DNA of 64,000 nucleotides from Vitrella brassicaformis CCMP3155 (taxonomy: Eukaryota > Protista > Chromerida), in the NCBI GenBank assembly GCA_001179505.1, contig CDMY01000325.1, positions 1 through 64,000 on the forward strand. Direction: 5' to 3'. Positions 1 through 10,840 of the stretch are shown here, in pieces; position 1 is the stretch's first letter, and each line of letters starts with the position of its first letter. Below the pieces are notes generated by a model. The model had not been told where the DNA came from. It ran no database searches and saw only the letters and a program-made list of their open reading frames with translations. Both the position numbers and the translations under genes were made by a program.

Positions 1-230
1 GTAAGCGACGGTAGAAACTTTGAGCTACGTGTATGGGAACCGTACCGACGCCATATGTATGCATACGAGACACCGAGACACCTTCACAAATAGGTACACG
101 TACTCAAAAAACACTCCACACTCCACACTCCCTTCGATATATACCACACATTGTCTAAATAGTGTGCAAATAAGCAATACGTGAACTAATCATTCGAATG
201 ACATATCGAACGACACCCGTGCTGCCCTAT

Positions 231-1829
231 CTAGCTGACGGCTGACTGCACAGTGTGTTGGCTGTTGTCCCGGATCAGAGGCAGGAGCATTTCGCTCACC
301 AGCCCCACCTCCCTCTGCTTGGAATTGATGATCATGGTGGCATTGGGCAGCACCTTCCGGAAAAACAGCGGATGGCGGCTCCTGATCAGCTCCTTCAGCT
401 TGCCAAGCTTGAGCTGACTGAAGCAGAGGGGGCCCCACTTGCTGCATTGATAAGCAGTGCCCAAGCCGCAGAAGTCTTTCTTGTTCTTCCAGCAGAGAGC
501 GGTGTCGCAGAAGAGCTCTTCGATGTGGGGCTCCCTCTGCTGGCTCCAGTCACCCAGACCACCGTTGACCTGCGAGAATGACAGCATTACACACGCACCA
601 TGTGTGTGTCGTCACACGGACATCCCTCTCATTACCTGCTTCCAGACAGCCTTGTTGCCCAGCGTGCGTCTCAGCACATGGTGGGGGAACCACTCATCTG
701 AGGCAGATTTCAGCGGCCTGTACCAATTGGGCAGCTCGCCGTGGGGGTAGTTCACGCCTTGGGCGGCAGTAAGGACGGCGTGATAACGATTGTACGTCCG
801 CCACTGCATGTGCTTACGATCTGTGGCCACACACGTACATTACATGTGCACTTTCACATTCGTCAATCAATCTGTAGGCAGCTCTCCGTTCGATTCTGTT
901 CTTACCGTATCCCTCATTGCTCTCTGCGTCTTGACACGAGGGGTCTCGTGCAATAGAATCGACCACATCCGCTTCTCTCCGGTCCGGTCCCGACTGCTTG
1001 AAGTGATCTCGATAGCTGCACGCACAGAACACATCAAGAATCATTCGGCTACCTCCCGCATCCCCATGACTGTATGCGGCTGCCTGCCCTACCATATTCT
1101 ACTTGTCGGCAGGCCGCCCATGTCATCGCTTCTCGTCTCGAAGAGCACGTCGTAGACGACATCCGGGTGTGACACGGGGACGTGAGTGACACTCAGGAGC
1201 ACCATCATCTGGTTGCACGGGTCGCGAAGGGCGGCCCGCCACAGGGCGTTCTCACCCAGGATGAAGCTGCCGTAGCTCGTGTCGACGGGCTCGATGAGCG
1301 AGGCATTGAACAGGGGATGAAGGGCCGCAGTGGCGTTGTCGTGCCGGTGCAAATAGACAGTGAACTTGCGCCTGTCGCTGGCCAGGCCAAGCCAGTCCGC
1401 CCACAGCTGACCGAACGGCACCTTGTCTTTCGCAAGGAACAGCAACGCGACGCTCGGCGGCCCGCGGCACTCCCCACACCCCTCTAAGGCAAATCGCTCA
1501 CTCGACGGCTTGACGCAGTAGAACTGCTCTGTCGACGATGCGTTGGGCTGCCCGAGGGTGGTCTTCTCCAGCGGCACCAGATGCCTCTCCTTGAAGGCCG
1601 AGAGGAAGCCGTCCAGGTCGTCGCACATAAGCGACCCGCGAGTGGCCTCGCGCACCGAGTGAAAGAGGGAGAGGGAGGCGAGCCGCAGGCCGGATGAGCC
1701 CCATCCGACGGCAAGGAGGCTCCGAAAACCGTAGACAAACGCAGCAGCGACAGTCCACACGAACATCCACTTGCGAACTCGCCGGCGCCCATCCGCATGA
1801 TGTCGTTTTTTGGGGCTGGGGCTTCCCAT
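231..1829 (-). CDS. Branch / core-2-I-branching (GT14-like, BC10/DUF266-type) glycosyltransferase, copy A; 4 exons (1829-1093, 1015-906, 820-636, 569-231)
   Basis: Motifs PSVALLFLAKDKVPFGQLW, FTVYLH, YGSFILGENALWRAALRDPCNQMMVLLS, DEWFPHHVL and PLFFRK parallel the Branch family (IAFLFL..PL..LW, YVH, WG..LL..AL.D..N..FVLLS, DEHYF, LFARK). N-terminal TM segment. GT-AG introns join in phase. Start could be 1859. Confidence 0.8.
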
Positions 1830-2534
1830 CCTTTGCTGTGGCAGACAAAGAGCCTTCATGGACAGCAGTTTGTCCCGTACGGCAGACGTTGCTGTAAATT
1901 CACTGTTCAGGCAAACGAGCGGCCATGGTAGGGCAATCCCCGCTTGACGCATGGCAAACCAGCACCGATTCTGAGCGTCACTGCCATCGTACAAGAACAT
2001 ACAAACCATGACGTGAGACTGACAGGTTCTTCTTTGCAAGAACGCACTACTTCTCCACATTGACAGCTCCATCCCGAAAATACACACAGAACGATTGAAT
2101 CAACCGATGGAGACACCAACAACTGTCATCCACGTATCCATCCATCCATCCATCCATCCATCGAATCTCTCTCACAGGCAAGTACATGCACGCCAAAGCC
2201 CCGCAACAGCTGTATAGTGTGGCGTGATCCCCATTACGCACTGGCCACTTGGGGCAACATGCAGTAGTGTAAGGGGTGTCACTCACTGGTCATGCACCCA
2301 AACACTCGGCTATCCTCTCTTGTTCGGGTGCACTGCGGTCTCGTGCGTGACAAAGCGGCAACTATCGAAACACGCACAGCATTATTCGACCAGATAGCTG
2401 ACTACAAAGATGGCCACAGACAGACCAGAGCAGGCACAAAGGCATGAAACTACATGCCTTCCTCTGCACTGGCAGAGAGACAGGCAGCTAGAAATAAGAG
2501 GTAAAAAATAGATAAAAACAGAAGGTAGAATGAA

Positions 2535-3641
2535 TTACGGCGGCCCGCTGTAGTTCCGGATAAGTGGCAGCAGCAGCTCACCGACTCTGCCCNNNNNNNN
2601 NNNNNNNNNNNNNNNNNNNNNNNNNNNNNNNNNNNNNNNNNNNNNNNNNNNNNNNNNNNNNNNNNNNNNNNNNNNNNNNNNNNNNNNNNNNNNNNNNNNN
2701 NNNNNNNNNNNNNNNNNNNNNNNNNNNNNNNNNNNNNNNNNNNNNNNNNNNNNNNNNNNNNNNNNNNNNNNNNNNNNNNNNNNNNNNNNNNNNNNNNNNN
2801 NNNNNNNNNNNNNNNNNNNNNNNNNNNNNNNNNNNNNNNNNNNNNNNNNNNNNNNNNNNNNNNNNNNNNNNNNNNNNNNNNNNNNNNNNNNNTCGCTTCT
2901 CGTCTCGAAGAGCACGTCGTAGACGACATCCGGGTGTGACACGGGGACGTGAGTGACACTCAGGAGCACCATCATCTGGTTGCACGGGTCGCGAAGGGCG
3001 GCCCGCCACAGGGCGTTCTCACCCAGGATGAAGCTGCCGTAGCTCGTGTCGACGGGCTCGATGAGCGAGGCATTGAACAGGGGATGAAGGGCCGCAGTGG
3101 CGTTGTCGTGCCGGTGCAAATAGACAGTGAACTTGCGCCTGTCGCTGGCCAGGCCAAGCCAGTCCGCCCACAGCTGACCGAACGGCACCTTGTCTTTCGC
3201 AAGGAACAGCAACGCGACGCTCGGCGGCCCGCGGCACTCCCCACACCCCTCTAAGGCAAATCGCTCACTCGACGGCTTGACGCAGTAGAACTGCTCTGTC
3301 GACGATGCGTTGGGCTGCCCGAGGGTGGTCTTCTCCAGCGGCACCAGATGCCTCTCCTTGAAGGCCGAGAGGAAGCCGTCCAGGTCGTCGCACATAACCG
3401 ACCCCCGAGTGGCCTCATGCACCGAGTGGAAGAGGGAGAGGGAGGCGAGTTGAAGGCCGGATGAGCCCCATCCGACGGCAAGGAGGCTCCGAAAACCGCA
3501 GACAAACGCAGCAGCGACAGTCCACACGAACATCCACTTGCGGAAAGACGTGCGTTTTTTCCCCTGCAATGACGCCTCTGCAGAGCCCGACGGTGGTCCT
3601 TGCCGCCTTTTTGGGCTGAAACTTCCCATCCTTTGTGCCAT
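2535..3641 (-). CDS. Branch/GT14-like glycosyltransferase, copy B (middle exons lost in N gap)
   Basis: Exon 1 near-identical to copy A (offset 1767). C-terminus GRVGELLLPLIRNYSGPP* beyond the gap matches copy A end MLLPLIRDNS. Confidence 0.75.
   Translation of the reverse strand: MAQRMGSFSPKRRQGPPSGSAEASLQGKKRTSFRKWMFVWTVAAAFVCGFRSLLAVGWGSSGLQLASLSLFHSVHEATRGSVMCDDLDGFLSAFKERHLVPLEKTTLGQPNASSTEQFYCVKPSSERFALEGCGECRGPPSVALLFLAKDKVPFGQLWADWLGLASDRRKFTVYLHRHDNATAALHPLFNASLIEPVDTSYGSFILGENALWRAALRDPCNQMMVLLSVTHVPVSHPDVVYDVLFETRSXXXXXXXXXXXXXXXXXXXXXXXXXXXXXXXXXXXXXXXXXXXXXXXXXXXXXXXXXXXXXXXXXXXXXXXXXXXXXXXXXXXXXXXXXXXXXXXXXXXXXGRVGELLLPLIRNYSGPP
2593..2892. other. Assembly gap (300 N)
   Basis: Run of exactly 300 N. 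Confidence 1.
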
Positions 3642-3817
3642 CCGAGGACTGGCAGCCGCGGGCCACGACCAACATTCGACGTTTTGTACACTGTACGAAT
3701 CCTATGTAAACGGAACAAAATTCGATTGCCACCTTCGCTGTTTCACCATTAGAGAGTTCTTATCTGTGGAGAAAGGCCCCGCAGCTCCCCCTTTCCTGAC
3801 CTTCCATCCTCCGCACA

Positions 3818-5062
3818 GGTATCAGCAGCTGACACATGGGTGCACGAAAGGAGCATCGGTAAGCGAAGGACCCGTCAACGGCACGATTATCGATGACAAG
3901 GCCCCCATCGACTTGGCGACATTGGAGGTCTTCTTGAGCCGTCTGAATGACGACACAGATGACGGACTGCTTACCAACCAGTGCGCCAAATACTGAGAGG
4001 AAACCTCTGACCACAACCCGACAATTACCGCACTCGAGAAGCACAAGCCGTGGGCAAAACAGGACATGTTGCATCTTGCCGACAACGGGGTGCAGTTGCC
4101 GCCCCACGAACCTTACGAGTACTTCCCCCTCCGCCTCAGCGTGTCCAATGGCACCCTCTTCTGCCATTCCACCAGACGATGCCGACGGAGGACGAAGGAT
4201 CCTGAGCGGATTGTATCGGAGGAAGCGCGGCGTATGGCGGAGATGCTGGCGGATGCTGTGGGATATGCGGCCAGCACTAATGTCAGCTTGGGCGACACAG
4301 CCTTCACTATTCATACGGGGGACTGCCCCTGTTTCTGGTTCGTTGACCTTACCTAGTGAAACGCTTGTTCTTCACAAGCAGATTGCACTCTCTGCTCTGT
4401 CCTGTGTTTCCCGTCTGCAGGCGTGCAAAGGTGCCTCTCGGCGGAGATTCGTTGGGACGGGTGGGACGGAGTGGTTCAGAAGACATGACGATGTCGCGAG
4501 GAGACTAGCAGGTGGGAAAGGAAGCTGTGTAGAGAGCTGCTTGTCTGAATGAACGAGGGGAAGGAAATGTTAACACACAAATAGCAAGATGGCGCTCGGT
4601 GCTGTGCTTTGTGGTTGTGTGCTGTGATGGCTGCAGCAGCGCTGCACAAGATTGGATGGTAGACTGCGGACGGACAGATCAAACCCACGTATTGTGCACA
4701 TGTGTGTGTCGTTGATGCAGGCATTGCTTGACGAAAGAGAGCATTCGTCAGTCTCATATTACTCTTTTGAAGCGCTTGGGAGACCTTCAGGAGCCCACGG
4801 GGCACACGCAGGGCCAGCTTAAGGCGCTTAAAATGACGAGCAGACGACGGCCGGGGTGCGAGAGGAGCGAGGGCGTGCCCCTGCACACGGGAATGCACGG
4901 CTTCTACAACGCTGTACAGCAGTGCATTTGTCAGTGATCGTGCGAGCGGACAGATTCGTATTTGGCAATCGACAGTTCTACATACATGTAGCCGATGTAC
5001 TGATATGGCATAGAGTCCAGCTCTTGCGGGACAATGTGCTTGGCTTCTGGCATGACCGTTGA
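3818..5062 (+). pseudogene. Degenerate spliced gene with in-frame TGA, weakly GT90/CAP10-like
   Basis: ORFs 3538..3996 and 4066..4356 are in the same frame, separated only by TGA 3994-3996. Segment LSVSNGTLFC...RRMAEMLADAV...AFTIHTGDCP loosely resembles the GT90 N-terminal region. Downstream exons cannot be joined cleanly. Boundaries approximate. Confidence 0.3.
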
Positions 5063-5833
5063 TTTTCACAATCTGCCGTCTGTGACGGCTGTACTCCATT
5101 TTGTTCTTGTGTCGAGTGTGCTCTTGTGCTCTTGTGCCCCTGTGCTTCGGCTGGCTAGGACATTCGACTGAGCCCTTGCGTGTGTGTGCGTTCATTAGTT
5201 TAAAGGGCATTGTCCTCCTGTAGAGAGACACACTTAGACTTTTGATTCTCGCCGACGGGTAGCACTGTGCTCTCTTCGCCACCGCACACACACACACACA
5301 CACACACACAAGAGAGGGAAACAGCTTTGCATGTACCGCCCAGCATTGAGCTACTCATGGTCATGTCTCGCCTGCGTGTAGATCCTATATTCTCGGCGCA
5401 CATCGTATGGGCTCCGAAAACTACGAATCCGAAAGTTACGCGCACCCGAACCAGCCAGCCCAGAGACTGACTAACTCTGAGACAAGCTGAAACATTTACG
5501 ATGACCGGCGTGACGCGCCGATAAAAAACTCGATGATTGCGGCATAGCTACGCCGATCAACAATGTTGGGGTGATGTCTCATGGCAGTTACTCGTGGCAT
5601 AGCTATGCGTATGCTGTAGAGACACGTCACTGCCTCAATGGATGGACAGCTATTTCGATGGTTGACCGAAAATATCAGTTTGCTGTCCTCAAGTCAGATG
5701 GATGCAAAATGAAGCGCGTCTCAGAATAGCAGAGAAAAAGCCACATGCAGGCAAGTCTGTCACACTGTCATCCGTTCCCGCCCGCTTGTCCGCTCTATGT
5801 CGATCGATCGTCGGTTCCGGCTTGTTCTCGTAT

Positions 5834-6502
5834 TCAGATGTGGGCAAAGATGATGCGCGTGATAGCGTTGTACTCAGCTGCTTCGTCCTTCAGCTTGTCG
5901 AGCTGACAAACAATGACCACCAACATGAACAATAACTGGCTTAAGATTATCTCACCTCTTCCTGCGGGCCCGAAATCACACAGGACTCCAGATTCACGAG
6001 TTTCTGGAATTTGTCACGTCCCTCCTTCACAGCACCACCCTGCTGGAGGTGCTTCTTCAGAGACGCAGCACTGCAGTTAGCCAATACATTCAATCAATCA
6101 AGGCAAAGTGGCGGCGTCAAAAGAGGGGGCATTTCTCACCTGTCATAGGCCTCTTGGGCGCAGACATAGGCGTCCGCCTGTGTGCCGGCTGTCGACCAGT
6201 AGTAGTAAAGGACCCCGCTGATTTCGAGACCGTCCTTCGCCTGGCAGAAAGACATGCATGCCATGGACAGCCCCAACCGCAGCAAAGGTTTTCCCTTACA
6301 TTCTTGACGAACACATCGTTGACTATCTTCTTGACGGCCTCCATCTTTCCATCCTTCACCCGGTACTTGGCCATCATCTGCAGAGGGTCGCCCCGCAATG
6401 CCCCGAGAAAATGACCTGGAAAATGACTGAGGCGGAGACTTTTGCGGTCGTGCTTACCGTGACCATAGTATTGCAGCCTTCTACGGCCTTCCAGCACGCC
6501 AT
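5834..6502 (-). CDS. ABM-type (dimeric alpha+beta barrel, putative quinol monooxygenase-like) protein, ~138 aa, 5 short exons
   Basis: Spliced product MACWKAVEGCNTMVT|MMAKYRVKDGKMEAVKKIVNDVFVKN|AKDGLEISGVLYYYWSTAGTQADAYVCAQEAYDS|AASLKKHLQQGG...ISGPQEE|LDKLKDEAAEYNAITRIIFAHI*. Strong donors (GTAAGC, GTAAGG, GTGAGA x2), all in phase. ABM-like pattern AKYRVK..G.LYY...E.Y.S...HL. Confidence 0.7.
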
Positions 6503-6919
6503 CTTCAAAAGAATTTCGGTAGCTGCGGTTTCCCTCAAAACAGAACGCGTCCCAAAAAGTAAGGCCCCGGCAAGCTGAGCGCGGTGCACGACCCCCCTCT
6601 TTTTGTTTTGCTCCCCGTGGGGCCCCCCAGTCTTCACTCTTTTTATTCCGGCGCTGGTCTTGTCCCTCGTGATGCTTCAAAATAAAGTGCAACAATCACG
6701 CTCTCTATGGGAGGCACGAAGACGTGAGACACGCCATGGGAGAAATGTAAGATCCATCTATAGCTAAGGCGTAATTGGTGACTCCCTGTTTGTTTCTTCT
6801 CGGCCTTTGTTATAAGTGGCGGCTCACGTGAAAGCAGAGTATATAATCGTCAGCAAGATCGATACGTGTCAAGTCACTTTCCAATTGCTCATCAACCTTT
6901 CCACCCAACCATCAACCTT

Positions 6920-8669
6920 TCAATAACCGCCCCTCTTCCTTCTCACCCTCGGCGGCCCTCCCTGCCAACCACTGCTTCCCTCGAGTGGGAAAGGATATGC
7001 AAGTGCTTCTGCAGCTTGCTGGTTGCCATCATGCTGCCTTGCGCGGAGGGCGGACGAATTCTCGTCTCCACCGGGATGCTGATGTGAGATGGGTGGGAGA
7101 GAGGACGCCTTGCAAGGCAGTGGGTGCTGATGGTCATGGTCAGATATAGACATCAGTGCGCACACAGATGCGAAGCCGATCAGCAGCACCAGGAGCTTCT
7201 TGGCTTTGAGAGAGAGCGATGACAGGGAGGAAGAGATGGGGGCGTTCAGCTCGTGGACTAATAGATCCCACACGCCTATGTACAGGAAGCTGCCCGCTGA
7301 CACGGCAGTCAGCACACCTGTGAGAAGAAAAGTGACACACCCGTCCATGAGCTTGCCCTCTTTCGTCGCATTTTACCTTCTGCCGTGAGGGCAGCTGTCG
7401 TTGCGCACATCACGATCCCGCCCACCAACATGGCCATAGGTGTCATCAACGCAAACAAAGATATTAGAACGACTAAACGACGGACGGACACGCCACTCTG
7501 AAGGACACGAGGAGACAGTGAGAGAGTCAAGGGCACAGCGGAACCACCTCTTCTTGTTTGCATGGCCTTGCATACCTGCAGCATGGCCGACCCTAATGCG
7601 AACGCCTCCAGTCCCTTGTGGATGAGCAGTCCAACCAGCATGTCAGCCAGCCCTCCCCGGCTTCGAACCGCGAGCCCGATACCCTCCATTGCCGAGTGAA
7701 AGGCCAAGGCAACAAACATAATGAAAGCAGCGGCCCCGCCTTTCCCCGAGCCAACATTCAGCAGAACATCAGCTCCTTGGACGCAAACGATGCAGCCTGG
7801 TGTCCCACAGATGTACTGTGGGCTGGGGACCGTCGCACTGCCGGAGCTCTGGCCGGCGACAGACGGCGGCAGGGGCCGTGGCTTCTCCTCAATGACCTCA
7901 TACACATCGCCTCTGGTCATTTTGGATGCGGCTGAACGCAGATGTACGAGTGTGGGTGCTGACAGCCTCTTTAGCAGATAGGGGTCAACAAGGGCAGGGA
8001 GTAGGATAGGGTCGGGGGGAGGTACAACAGGGTCAGAGGATGAGGGCGTATCTGTAGACAGAAGAGTGGTAGTGGTACACGTGCCGTCTCAGTCATATGA
8101 CTTGAAATCAGTCACCTTTGAGGGATTTGTGCCTCTGCACGAGGTCAGCTGTTTGCTCGACCAGCAGTAGCATAAGGAAGCCCGCGCACATGAGAAAATT
8201 TGCTAGCGGGAAGGGCTCGTGCATGCCTGAATGACAGCAACCAACACTTTGCATGCCATGCACATGATGAATGTGCATCATTCGTCGTGACTGGCCTACC
8301 CAAGTATTCGCCCATCGTGCTGGCAGCGGGCTCCAACAGTTCTTGGCTGCCGAGGGGAGAAAGCACGCATGAGCGGTGTTTTCTATCAACTCAGACACTC
8401 ACCTATCGGCCAACAGATGAACACAGCCCGTCGCGAGGAGCACTCCCGCTGCATGTGCGCAGACACATCAGAAAAGGACACAGCAGAGCATGCCATGCAG
8501 GCCGCGTTTGGCGCTGCCTCTGCGAGTTGATTGCTTAACCTGCCAGCACATTGGAGAGCGACACGAATGCAGGGCTGATCTCGCTCACTGCGAGAGGGAG
8601 GAGGCCGCCGCCCAACGCGAGTAGGAGAAGAACGAGGGCGGCGATGCACTTGACCACCAACGCCTCCAT
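6920..8669 (-). CDS. ZIP-family zinc/iron permease
   Basis: TM1 MEALVVKCIAALVLLLLALGGGLLP; GVLLATGCVHLLADS; FPLANFLMCAGFLMLLLVEQ; signature ALAFHSAMEGIGL and LLIHKGLEAFALG; LFALMTPMAMLVG; AVSAGSFLYIGVWDLL. Confidence 0.92.
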
Positions 8670-8956
8670 TTCCCCTCACGTTTGTGGTTTGCCCCGCAGC
8701 AGCGGTTTCAGGGAGGACCCTAGGCAACATGTCTCGTTAAACACAATAACCAACCAACCGACATGAAAACATGCACCCTAACATGCAACACAGACGGTGT
8801 GGTTTGGATCGGGCGTGTGTGACTGGAGTAAAAGCGGCCACTTTCCCTTCCTGCTTTTTTTCTAACATTTTCCTCATTATTTCACATTCAATCGTACATG
8901 TGGTCAATGCAAGCAGCGGCGTCTCAAGAACTAGACGGTCATAAATTGTCGCCTTC

Positions 8957-10750
8957 TCAAATGACACGTTCGCTTCGCGTGTTGCTCGTGGGCGGCGGGA
9001 GGTCAGGCATGTCGGGACTGACGACAGAGTGTCGAAATCCGCAACTCAGTCGTGCCATTCATTGCCTTGCCTTCTCGTGTGGTTCTCTTACAGTGCGAAT
9101 ATGCCCCGGTAGAACGTGTCTTTCTCCATCAGTCGGACAAACTGCATCTGAAAAAGGCACAGACAGACGAACACACCCACTTGACCCATCCATTGTTTGG
9201 GCGTGATCTGATCTTTACCAGTCTCATCAGGTACACAGTGACCTCGTGCAGCACTTCCGATCGACGGTCTATCTGACCGCTATACAGGTTCCTGGATGAG
9301 CAAAACCATGCACACACAATGCGAGCTTACAGTCAATTCGCGATTTGCTTTGTGTGTCTGTGTGTGTTTCCTACATCCACAAGACGTATCTCATTTGCCC
9401 AAAGACACGGTCGTTCTCGTCCCAGCAACCGTCAAGGGCCACACACATCTGCATGCAATGAGAAAGGTCAAAGGCATCCCAGCGAGCGGGACACGACCGT
9501 GACGTGTGCTTCTGCCTTCGCGGACCCCAAGTACATAGTTCTTCATCTCTTGGGTGGCTTGGTTGAACAGCAACTCGCGGGCCTGGGCGTCCAAACGTGA
9601 GTGCCGACCGATTCGCATGTCTTTCCCTTCCTCTCTCTATGTGCGTACGCTTTCGTTGAGGAGCTTGTACTTGCAAAACTTCCACACGTCCTCCCAAAAC
9701 CTCAGGTGGAGAGAGTCCTCACACTGATGGGGAGAGGGACACACATGAACGCACGAACACGCAAATCATACGCACTCCGCCCGACTTACCTCGACTTTGA
9801 GTCTCCTGTTGAGAGCGTACGCATGGATCATGTACCAGTATATATTCATGGCAAAGCTGTCGCCCCAACTGACGATGTTGAAACCTGCACAAGCATTGCA
9901 ACCAAACACATCGACATCTTCTCTTTCTATCCATCCCCTCACACATCTGTGGTGCATACGATCTCTCAGCTCGGCCCTGGCAATTTGGTCCATCATCGCC
10001 ACCAGCCAGTGGAAGGTGAACGAAAAACTCCCGGGGAACAGCATACACCTTTTCGCACACGGACAAAGCACATCAATGTGTCACAAACGGTCTGCTTGCG
10101 CTGTCTGCTGACCCACCTGTAGATGGAGAACCCGATCTTTCTGCCGATGGTGTCCAGCTTGAGTCCCCTCCTCTTGATGCACGCCTCCACCTCTGCCTCG
10201 GTGATCTGCCATCGAGGGTCAGCCACCAGCCTCTCGTGGTCCCTACGAAACTCCTCGATGTCTTCCTCAGACAATATGAGCCGAATGCCCTCCGCTTCCG
10301 TCTGACATTCATTCACACGACAGACAGGGAGGGACACGATGGATGGAACACAAAGAAGATGAATGCAGCGAGCTGCAAGATGAATGCAGATGCTTTCTTA
10401 CGACTCACCTCTTCCCACCAAACCTTCGGCTCTGTCTGCTCATTCACCTCTTCCCACCAAACCTTCGGCTCTGTCTGCTCATCCACATCAAGGCCGTCGT
10501 CCTCTACTGCTCTTGCTGCCTGCGCCGAATCGCCAGCGGTGCTGAATGGACGGCGCAGGCCTCCAGACCGATCAAATGGCCGAATGAGCCGCTGACTGTC
10601 GCCCCTGTGCTGGAAGGCACTGCTGCCAGGGAGAATGATCTTCCTCGGCGGTGGTGTGATCGGGAATGGCGGCTCTGTGCGGGAAGCAAGCGTCGACGAC
10701 AGGCGAGTCGACAAACGCAGAGGGCTTCGCGAAGACGGCAAGATCTTCAT
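8957..10750 (-). CDS. CBP3: Ubiquinol-cytochrome c reductase chaperone CBP3/UQCC1-like, with mitochondrial presequence
   Basis: Arg/Ser-rich N-terminus MKILPSSRSPLRLSTRLSS...RRPFST. Spliced exons give MIHAYALNRRL, LRFWEDVW, VLG|MCVALD, VLWM|NLYSG and LHEVTVYLMR, matching CBP3 LH..RL, FW.D, G..AYD, LWRNLF, Y..R. Last exon uncertain (stop at ~9088 or 8957). Confidence 0.7.
10405..10486. repeat. 39-bp tandem duplication (EQTEPKVWWEEV x2) at the end of CBP3 exon 1
   Basis: cacctcttcccaccaaaccttcggctctgtctgctcat occurs twice back to back. Confidence 0.95.
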
Positions 10751-10840
10751 CTCCCCTTTTCCCCCCCTCCTTCTTCTAACCTCGCAGCAGATCTGCGCTT
10801 TTTGTTTCTGCGCTCTGCGCTTTTTGTTCCCTTTCGCTTG

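Noticed and set aside
3760-4314. 184-aa minus-strand ORF
   Set aside because: Antisense to the plus-strand degenerate gene, with no recognisable motifs.
6117-6695. 192-aa single-exon ORF
   Set aside because: It is a chimera of introns and off-frame exons of the spliced ABM gene; strong internal donors explain it better.
10313-10400. Apparent TM helix SAFILQLAAFIFFVF
   Set aside because: It lies inside the intron after the GAG|GTGAGT donor of CBP3.
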